Assembly: GCA_031370005.1 (NCBI GenBank)
Contig: JANMPT010000021.1
Location: 1-64,000, forward strand
DNA: 64,000 nucleotides
Source of the DNA: Bdellovibrionales bacterium
Lineage (GTDB): Bacteria; Bdellovibrionota; Bdellovibrionia; Bdellovibrionales; Bdellovibrionaceae
Direction of reading: 5' to 3'
The notes beneath the pieces are model-generated. The model saw only the letters and a program-made list of their open reading frames with translations, was not told the DNA's origin and did not search any database. The position numbers and the translations under genes were made by a program. This document shows positions 57,043-64,000 of the stretch, piece after piece; the stretch's first letter is position 1; each line of letters opens with the position of its first letter.

Positions 57043-57402
57043 ATGAAATTGCCAAAACCATTTAGAATTGCTTGTTGTTTTTTGATGAGCCTGCTTATGA
57101 CAGATATTCCCGCTTTTGCTTTAGGCAAAGTAGCAATGATTTCCACAAGCGCTGCACTTGTTGAATCTGATCGAACCGAAGCCCTGACAAAGATACAAGA
57201 ATATCTCAAAAGAGCAGACGTACAAAAGGCCTTGATAGCGCGGGGGCTTTCTCCAGATGAAGCTTCATTGCGCTTGGCAAGCTTATCGGAATCCGAGCTG
57301 CGCCAGCTTTCAAAAGGCGTGGAATATGCGCAGGCGGGCGGCGACATTTTACTAACAATTCTTCTTATCGTCCTAATTATATTTTTAATCAAACGCATTT
57401 AG
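57043..57402 (+). CDS. PA2779 family protein
   Basis: Signal peptide; AMIST, L.R.DVQ..L...G.SP.EA..RLA.LS..EL, AGG followed by a hydrophobic C-terminal helix and KRI. Confidence 0.85.
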   Translation: MKLPKPFRIACCFLMSLLMTDIPAFALGKVAMISTSAALVESDRTEALTKIQEYLKRADVQKALIARGLSPDEASLRLASLSESELRQLSKGVEYAQAGGDILLTILLIVLIIFLIKRI

Positions 57403-57409
57403 AGAGTTT

Positions 57410-58345
57410 ATGAAATCCTTGGTTTTTTTAATTATGATTCTGGGTTTAGTCGGCTGCGTGAGTTCGGCTCCACAAACCGAGGCCTTGTTACTTGAAAAAA
57501 CTAATTTGCCAAAATCATTTCTAGTTGCAAACGTCCCTTTTATTCAACAAAATGCCAATTATTGTGGACCCGCAACCCTGGCAATGGCTTTGAACTGGGC
57601 CGGAAAAAATATTAAAATCGATGAAATTGCCTCCCAGGTTTACACACCCGGGCTAAAAGGAAGCCTGCAACTAGACATGATCAGCGCCAGCCGCAGGCAG
57701 GGAGTTATCGCTATTCCAATTGAAGGAATGTCTGCTCTTTTAACTGAAATCGCTGCGGGGCATCCAGTAATTGTATTTGAGAATCTCTCAGTTAGCTGGT
57801 TGCCTCAATGGCATTATGCAATTGTCTTTGGCTATGATCTTTCTCGTCAAAAAGTTGTTATGCACTCAGGACCCGAGGCCTTTAAGCAATGGGACTTACG
57901 TAAGTTTGAAAGATCATGGAGGCTTGGAAAGTATTGGGGCCTAGTCATACTTGCTCCGGGAAGTCTGGCTGCCTCAGCGGACGAACTTGCGCATGTAAGA
58001 GCTACTGCGGCTCTTGAACAAATTGGCAAAATAGATGAAGCAAAAAAATCTTATCTACGGATTTTGCAACGCTGGCCTAAAAGTTTGGGTGCAAACATCG
58101 GCTTAGGCAATATCGCCTATAGTAATTCTGAAATATTAGAATCTGTTCGGTTTTTACGAAAAGCCACCGATGACCATCCCCTATCATCAGCAGCTTGGCA
58201 TAATCTCGCTATTGCCCAAGGGGCAGCTCATATGAGACAAGCAGCGCGACGAGCAGTACAGCAGGCCTTAAAGCTTGCCTCTGTAGAACAAAGGGACTCT
58301 TTCAATCAAGACTTCCAAAAACTCTTAAATTCAGAATCATTTTGA
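57410..58345 (+). CDS. PA2778 family C39-like cysteine peptidase lipoprotein with TPRs
   Basis: LVGC lipobox; VPFIQQ..YCGPATLAM, VYTP..KGSLQ, PQWHYAIVFGYD; C-terminal TPRs (AWHNLA). Confidence 0.88.
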   Translation: MKSLVFLIMILGLVGCVSSAPQTEALLLEKTNLPKSFLVANVPFIQQNANYCGPATLAMALNWAGKNIKIDEIASQVYTPGLKGSLQLDMISASRRQGVIAIPIEGMSALLTEIAAGHPVIVFENLSVSWLPQWHYAIVFGYDLSRQKVVMHSGPEAFKQWDLRKFERSWRLGKYWGLVILAPGSLAASADELAHVRATAALEQIGKIDEAKKSYLRILQRWPKSLGANIGLGNIAYSNSEILESVRFLRKATDDHPLSSAAWHNLAIAQGAAHMRQAARRAVQQALKLASVEQRDSFNQDFQKLLNSESF

Positions 58346-58480
58346 GACGCCTCAATATTAGAAACTAAGAAATATTTTTTACTTTTTCTTAAATTCGACC
58401 GATCCTAACTATATCCTAATTACAAGCAAACACAGGGGTGTCTCGTTAAAGTCGCGAAAAAGTTTAATTATATTTTTTCA

Positions 58481-60013
58481 ATGTCTCTTCTTGTCTTCAT
58501 GACTGTATTATTTGGTCAGGCGTGCACCCATCCTTACTTTCACCCAGTTGATTCCGAAAAAACATCTGCGGCCAACAACAGTGGCAATGGCACGACATAT
58601 GATGGGAAATTAACTTTCCTCGAGTTTGAAGCTGATTTCAAATGTGAAAATAAGATTGCCGCAAAATCTATTATCACCCGTGAAAACGGAGTTTGGACTT
58701 TACTTAAAAATTCTCCGCAAAAATGCGCTGAATCCGTAACTGTTCTGAATGATGTGACTTACTCAGGCTCTTCTAATTTTCTTAATTACAATGGCATCAA
58801 CTATGCACTAAACTTGAATCCCGCAACAGCCAATAGCCTAAGAGAATTTAAGGTGGACCCAACTGCTTCTACCAATTCACTAGACTCAACGCCAGGCGAT
58901 GGTGTCTGCGCAGATTCAAGTGGAAAATGCTCACTGCAAGCCGCTTTTGACGAGCTTAACGGCGTAGACCTACCAGCAATTATTAACATTCCAAACGGCA
59001 CATATTTCTTATCAAGCACGCTCAAAATCAAAATTGACAGCACCGTCCAAATTGTAGGTGCATCAAGCAGCAATACGATCCTCGATGGAGGCTCTAACAC
59101 TGCCATTCTTGAAACTGCTATCAACTCAAATAACCACCCAACACGAGTTATTAAGGGACTTAACTTCTCCCATGCCTTCTCAGACGCTTCAAATGCTTCT
59201 GGCGGCGCTTCAGCAATTAGTGTTGTCGGCTCTGTTCGTATTACTGGATGTCAATTTCATAACAATACCGGTTTTGCACCTGCGGTTTTAGCTGGTGTTT
59301 TCTCCCATGATGTTATCGTTGAGGACAGTGTCTTTGATCAGACTCAAAACGTCGCCCTTTTGGTTCACGGCTCATCGCTTTTTAGTGTCCTACGAAGCGA
59401 ATTTTCCGGAAATGCAACAGGTCTTATCGTCGACAATTCAACTTGGAATGTTACCATTAAAGGATCAAGTTTTTACAATAACACCCAAGGCATTATCGTT
59501 TGGTCATGTTATTCAGGCTGCTTAATTGAAAACACAACTGTCGCAAATAATTTCATAGGAATATATATATCAACGGTTTTAAATAATGACTTTTATATTC
59601 GAAATACAACAGTCAAAGGCTATAATTTAAGCGCATTGACACTTCGATTTGATAACTCAGGCAGCACAGGGCGTTTATTTTTACAGAATTCAATCCTGTC
59701 AAACTCTCTGAGTGGACAACATAATTGTTCATTTCTGGGGACCACTGCAGCCGCCAATCTTGTTGCCCAGAATTCTATTGTTGATGATACCAGTTGCGGC
59801 ACTGCGGGCATTCAGATAACTGACCCACTTCTTCAAGCTCTGGCCTTAAACGGCGGCACGACTCACACCATGTTGCCTAACTCTGGCAGCCCTGCTATTG
59901 ATTCTGGCGACAACTTGATTTGCTCTGCAAAAGATCAAAGAGGCGCTCCGCGCCCAGTTGATAAGCTTGGCAACGGAGCCATTTGCGATATTGGCGCTGT
60001 GGAAGTGCAATAG
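58481..60013 (+). CDS. Lipoprotein with right-handed beta-helix and choice-of-anchor-Q-like C-terminus
   Basis: FGQAC lipobox-like; D.TPGDGVCA...CSLQAA (CSLREA-like), parallel beta-helix repeats, DPLL..LA.NGG.T.T..P..GSPAIDSG..C..DQRG..R...CDIGAVE. Confidence 0.85.
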   Translation: MSLLVFMTVLFGQACTHPYFHPVDSEKTSAANNSGNGTTYDGKLTFLEFEADFKCENKIAAKSIITRENGVWTLLKNSPQKCAESVTVLNDVTYSGSSNFLNYNGINYALNLNPATANSLREFKVDPTASTNSLDSTPGDGVCADSSGKCSLQAAFDELNGVDLPAIINIPNGTYFLSSTLKIKIDSTVQIVGASSSNTILDGGSNTAILETAINSNNHPTRVIKGLNFSHAFSDASNASGGASAISVVGSVRITGCQFHNNTGFAPAVLAGVFSHDVIVEDSVFDQTQNVALLVHGSSLFSVLRSEFSGNATGLIVDNSTWNVTIKGSSFYNNTQGIIVWSCYSGCLIENTTVANNFIGIYISTVLNNDFYIRNTTVKGYNLSALTLRFDNSGSTGRLFLQNSILSNSLSGQHNCSFLGTTAAANLVAQNSIVDDTSCGTAGIQITDPLLQALALNGGTTHTMLPNSGSPAIDSGDNLICSAKDQRGAPRPVDKLGNGAICDIGAVEVQ

Positions 60014-60027
60014 GAATATTTGGCGTG

Positions 60028-60488
60028 TTAATTTTTGCAAGACAATAAAATCTCATTATAGATTTTATTGGTAGCTTTGGATTTTAATTTTTCTTGATGA
60101 CATATTAGTGAAATTTGCGTTTTTTTTAATTGGCCGCTGACTTGTTTTAATTCAGGATATTTTTTTGACACAGAATCAGATCTGAATCATTCAAGAGAAG
60201 ATTAAAATTTTCTTCCCATCTTTGTTTTGTATCTTTTACAGCTCTGTAAAAACGCTCACCCTGCGGGGTTAGCAAGAGGCCAATATTTTTTCTTTGAAAA
60301 AGTTTTTGCCCTAAGTCCTGCTCTAATCTGTGAATGGCTCTTGAAAGCCCCGACTGCTGAATGCCAAGCTGTTCCGCAGCCTTAGATATATTCAGACTCT
60401 CCGCAACTGCTAAGAAATAAGTGATCTCTTTTTGAAGGGCGTCTACATACTTATATGTATCGAATCTATAAACTTTTGACATATTCAT
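60028..60488 (-). pseudogene. LysR regulator with internal deletion (HTH plus out-of-frame C-terminal tail)
   Basis: LysR HTH (YFLAVAESLNISKAAEQLGIQQSGLSRAI.RLE..LG..LF.R) stops at 60147. A second frame at 60186-60028 reads DSVSKKYPELKQVSGQLKKTQISLICHQEK..*, which resembles a LysR C-terminal end. Confidence 0.7.
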
Positions 60489-60598
60489 TCAAAGAATATC
60501 AGATATTACTAAAATATGATAACGAAATATTAAAGAACAGCTTATATATTAAGCCTCAAGGGCGCTTTAATATTAAAAGTAAATCACAAGGAGATTTT

Positions 60599-61195
60599 AT
60601 GAAAAAAATTTTAAATATCTTAGCCTGCTTATGTGTTTTTGCGATATCCAACTTTGCAGTAGCTTCTTATGGTGGCATTAGTTACAGCTACAGAACAAAC
60701 AGCGAGTATGATTGCAGTTATAATGTCGACGGAATCAAAATTGGCGACGGCAAATACAGCATCAATTCACTCATCGGAACAAAAAAAGGCCAAATTGTTT
60801 CTTTTGACTATTTTGGCAAGCATCAGATCGGCGATTCTTTTAAAGCGCCTCAGCCTCTATTAGAGGCCTTTCAAAAAAGAGGTCTTGATGTAAGGTATAA
60901 TGACAGCTTAACCCGAGCAAATACTGAGTTTATTAAAATCTTTAAAACTCCACTTATTTCAGAGCCCGTTTTTAATTTGGAACTAGTAATTAGTGGTTTA
61001 AATAGGACCGGAGTTACCAATGATGGCCAATTTGCTGCAGGAAGCGACCCCTACCTCTATCACTCAACTCATCTTGAGTTCGATAACTCAACAAAGAATC
61101 TCTTCGTAGAGCTTAATTACTCATACAAAAATGCATTTACCGGGGATAAAAAAGCGTTGCTCCGTGTTGACGGAAGCTGTTCCTTGGCTAAATAA
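60599..61195 (+). CDS. Secreted hypothetical protein
   Basis: AAGGAG RBS; signal peptide ending AVA-S; divergent from the lysR remnant. Confidence 0.75.
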   Translation: MKKILNILACLCVFAISNFAVASYGGISYSYRTNSEYDCSYNVDGIKIGDGKYSINSLIGTKKGQIVSFDYFGKHQIGDSFKAPQPLLEAFQKRGLDVRYNDSLTRANTEFIKIFKTPLISEPVFNLELVISGLNRTGVTNDGQFAAGSDPYLYHSTHLEFDNSTKNLFVELNYSYKNAFTGDKKALLRVDGSCSLAK

Positions 61196-61206
61196 AGACA
61201 CAAATC

Positions 61207-62616
61207 TTATTCTTCGTCAGACAACTCATCATCTCCGACAATTCCGAGATTGTACTTCTCAATACGATAACGCATGGAACGGAAAGAAATGTGCAAAAGT
61301 TTTGCTGCACGTTTCTTTACTCCACCGCCCGAGTGAATTGCTTTAATAAGCAGCTCTTTCTCAATTTGACCCATGATCTTATCAAGATCTACTCCATCAT
61401 CGCCAATTTCAATTTCATTTGAAGAAGCCATTTTGCGGCCAGAAGTCGTGTTTACCATAGGAGGCAAACTCTCTGGTAAAATCATTGCACCACCCTCAAG
61501 TGCAACTGTTCGCTCTATTAAGTTTTCAAGTTCACGCACGTTCCCAGGATAATCATATTTCTTAAGTATTTCCATCGCCTCAGTGGAAATGCCACCAATA
61601 TTTTTATTAAGGCGTTCATTGTATTTTTTTAAGAAAAAATTTGCAAGCAAAGGGATATCATCACGACGTTCACGAAGGCTTGGCGTTTTAATATTGATCA
61701 CATTTAAACGATAGAACAAGTCCTGACGGAAAGTTCCCTTCTGAACCATATCATCAAGATTTCTATTTGTTGCAGCAATGATACGTACTTCAATTTTCAT
61801 ATCATCAGTGGCACCAACACGACGAATCACCCGTTCTTGAATAGCGCGAAGTAGCTTTACTTGAATTGTAAGGGGCAACTCACCAACTTCATCTAAGAAC
61901 AGGGTTCCGGTATTTGCCACCTCAAAAAGACCCGATTTGTCAGATACAGCCCCAGTGAAAGAGCCCTTTTTATGACCAAACATCTCTGATTCCATCAGGT
62001 TCTCCGGAATTGCTCCGCAGTTAATTGTGATAAATGGTTTATCTTTTAATGGTCCATTATAGTGAATTGCTTTTGCCACAACTTCTTTGCCTGTTCCAGA
62101 TTCACCCGTAATAAGCACGTTTGTAGGAGTCTGGGAAACACGTTTTACCATATCAAAAATCGCATGCATTGCTGTTGAGTTACCAACCATGCTTTGAAAA
62201 CTGTATTCTTTAACGAGTTCTTTTTTGAGTGATCTATTTTCAACTTCAAGGTTACGAGACCTAAGAGCGTTATGAATATTCAAACGCACTTCATCAATTT
62301 TGAATGGCTTTGTGATATAATCATAGGCACCCATTTTCATTGCCTCAACAGCTGTCTCAGTTGTACCGAAAGCCGTGATCATCATAAATACGATTTCAGG
62401 TGCAGTTTCTTTGACATGTTTCAGAAGCTCAATCCCCGTCACGAATGGCATTTGAAGATCTGAGATGATCATATCGAAGCTCTTCTTAGCTAAAAGCTCT
62501 TTGGCCTTTTGACCATCTTCCGCAAGGGTTATTTCATAACCCTCTTTTTTAAGCATGATCTCGAGAAACTCGCGGATTGATTCTTCATCGTCAACTACTA
62601 AAATACGGGATTTCAT
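61207..62616 (-). CDS. pilR: Sigma54-dependent response regulator (NtrC family), PilR-like
   Basis: Receiver domain (ILVVDDE, SDLQMP, KPF), GESGTGKE, ESEMFGH.KGSFTGA, HTH AAKLLHISFRSMRYR characteristic of PilR. Confidence 0.88.
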   Translation of the reverse strand: MKSRILVVDDEESIREFLEIMLKKEGYEITLAEDGQKAKELLAKKSFDMIISDLQMPFVTGIELLKHVKETAPEIVFMMITAFGTTETAVEAMKMGAYDYITKPFKIDEVRLNIHNALRSRNLEVENRSLKKELVKEYSFQSMVGNSTAMHAIFDMVKRVSQTPTNVLITGESGTGKEVVAKAIHYNGPLKDKPFITINCGAIPENLMESEMFGHKKGSFTGAVSDKSGLFEVANTGTLFLDEVGELPLTIQVKLLRAIQERVIRRVGATDDMKIEVRIIAATNRNLDDMVQKGTFRQDLFYRLNVINIKTPSLRERRDDIPLLANFFLKKYNERLNKNIGGISTEAMEILKKYDYPGNVRELENLIERTVALEGGAMILPESLPPMVNTTSGRKMASSNEIEIGDDGVDLDKIMGQIEKELLIKAIHSGGGVKKRAAKLLHISFRSMRYRIEKYNLGIVGDDELSDEE

Positions 62617-62678
62617 GAATACTCCTAATGTATTATTCTCGCTTGTCACAGTAAGAATTTCAAAATATTTTATTTAAT

Positions 62679-64000
62679 CTATACATTTACAGCAGGAAAA
62701 ATAAGTATGAAACTCGTTCCGACTCCCTGCTCGCTCTCAACGAAGATCTGTGCTCCGTGACCTTCGAGAATTTTATGTGTCACAGCCAGACCAAGGCCTG
62801 TTCCTTTGCTCTTCGTTGTATGAAATGGCTCAAACATCCGACCTCGGGTGGACTCACTCATTCCGCAACCACTGTCTCTCAAAGTCATTTTCCATTTTTT
62901 GTTCTCATACTCAAAAATTACTTCAAACTTGGCTATCGGAATCTTTTCCATTGCCTGAAAAGCATTTATCACAATATTGAGGAGTGCTTGTTTCAGCTTA
63001 TCATGACGCCCCAAAATAACTGCTTTATCTGGAAACTCAATTTTTATCGTCACATCTTGACGAAGACTTTGATCAAACTTCAAACCATTTAAGATTTCTT
63101 TTGTAATACTCACAAGATCCACAGGATCTGTTGGCGGCTTTTCTGGACTGGAGTAATCTAGAAACTCAGTGATGAGATTATTAAGACGATCTATTTCGCG
63201 AAGAATGATCTTCATCAACTTGCGGTCGTCATCATTGTTTGTTGTTTGGCTCAAAAGCTCAACGCTGCCACTGATGCCCGCCAATGGATTGCGAATTTCA
63301 TGGGCAATCCCCGCCGCCAAGCCACCAACTGCTGCCATTTTTTCATTCTGACGAACCGAGTACTCTAGCTGCTTCACCCGTGTCAGGTCTTCAATCTGCG
63401 CGATATACAAATTCCCTTCCACCACAGGGCTAAATACTGATGACACGCTCACTTGTAAAATCTTAGTCTCCTGTGGGCTTTTCCAGTACAGGTCTTTTTT
63501 ATTTGTCACATCTTTTGACAAATCAGGAAGGAAATCAAAAATATTTAGATCCTTCAAAGTCATTCCACCAAAGATACCTCGGGCCGAAAGATTATCTTGA
63601 AGAATAATACCTGCTTGATTATAGGTCACAAGTCCTGATGGCATATGGCCTACGATAGCTTTGTTGAGCTCTTGAATCTCCTGAAGGGTTAATCCTGACT
63701 TCGTAAGCTCTACTCCCATAAACTGAAGCTGTTCGCTCAAATAGCCCGATAAGCCAGCTACAGAAAAAAAAGCAATATTGTTCAATGCCAAAAGAAAAAT
63801 ATAATTCATGACCTTCATTTCAGGGCCATAGAAACTTGCAAGTGTAAAAAAAATACTGCTAAAAAGAGCAATGGCTAGGGAGCCGCGGGATTGAAAAACC
63901 AAACCCGCCAACAAAATATTCACCAGATGTAAAAATAAGAATAATGACTGATTTAGGCCGCTAAAGGTAATCAGCAGTGACAGCAATAAGGAGTCAAGAA
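62679..64000 (-). CDS. pilS: Sensor histidine kinase, PilS-like (5' end outside the window)
   Basis: TM helices, PAS-like region, AHEIRNPL, NAFQAM, DSGCG, FEPFHTTK.KGTGLGL; frame open to the window edge; upstream of the pilR-like gene. Confidence 0.85.
   Translation of the reverse strand, partial: LDSLLLSLLITFSGLNQSLFLFLHLVNILLAGLVFQSRGSLAIALFSSIFFTLASFYGPEMKVMNYIFLLALNNIAFFSVAGLSGYLSEQLQFMGVELTKSGLTLQEIQELNKAIVGHMPSGLVTYNQAGIILQDNLSARGIFGGMTLKDLNIFDFLPDLSKDVTNKKDLYWKSPQETKILQVSVSSVFSPVVEGNLYIAQIEDLTRVKQLEYSVRQNEKMAAVGGLAAGIAHEIRNPLAGISGSVELLSQTTNNDDDRKLMKIILREIDRLNNLITEFLDYSSPEKPPTDPVDLVSITKEILNGLKFDQSLRQDVTIKIEFPDKAVILGRHDKLKQALLNIVINAFQAMEKIPIAKFEVIFEYENKKWKMTLRDSGCGMSESTRGRMFEPFHTTKSKGTGLGLAVTHKILEGHGAQIFVESEQGVGTSFILIFPAVNV

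Noticed and set aside
56238..57398. Minus-strand ORFs 56238-56681 and 57036-57398
   Set aside because: Antisense to the better-supported OMP and PA2779-family genes.
1..64000. CRISPR array, rRNA, IS/transposase, prophage
   Set aside because: No repeat-spacer array or mobile-element protein motifs were seen; the only tandem repeats found are short in-frame coding repeats.

Overview
A roughly 40% GC bacterial chromosome segment, most likely from a Bdellovibrionota (Bdellovibrio-like predator). The assignment is inferred from the gene set: pilS/pilR, an AgmX/PglI-type TonB-C protein, many orphan secreted or lipoproteins, and sigma28-like promoters. From left to right the window holds: (1) the 5' 1473 codons of a giant secreted teneurin-like PKD/NHL/YD protein that runs off the window and is missing from the ORF track; (2) membrane and transport genes (beta-barrels, FNR-like reductase, EamA, DUF475, CLC); (3) an accessory patch at about 11.4-15.9 kb with a repeat lipoprotein, a DUF4160/DUF2442 toxin-antitoxin-like pair, a VOC + WYL regulator pair with a palindromic operator, and a gene remnant; (4) a compact 10-gene de novo purine operon purF-C-D-N-L-Q-H-M-K-E; (5) housekeeping genes (phoD-like, uvrA, fur, rnhA, folE2, maf, cdd, CPA2 antiporter, subtilase, thiolase, scoAB, pyk) interspersed with lineage-specific hypotheticals; (6) tRNA-Arg(CCT) followed by an accessory island with an XRE regulator, a methyltransferase, cheB and lysR remnants, an OMP/PA2779/PA2778 peptidase cassette and a beta-helix surface protein; (7) pilR and the 3' part of pilS. 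I found no CRISPR array, rRNA, transposase or integrase. All calls come from reading motifs by eye, with no database searches.
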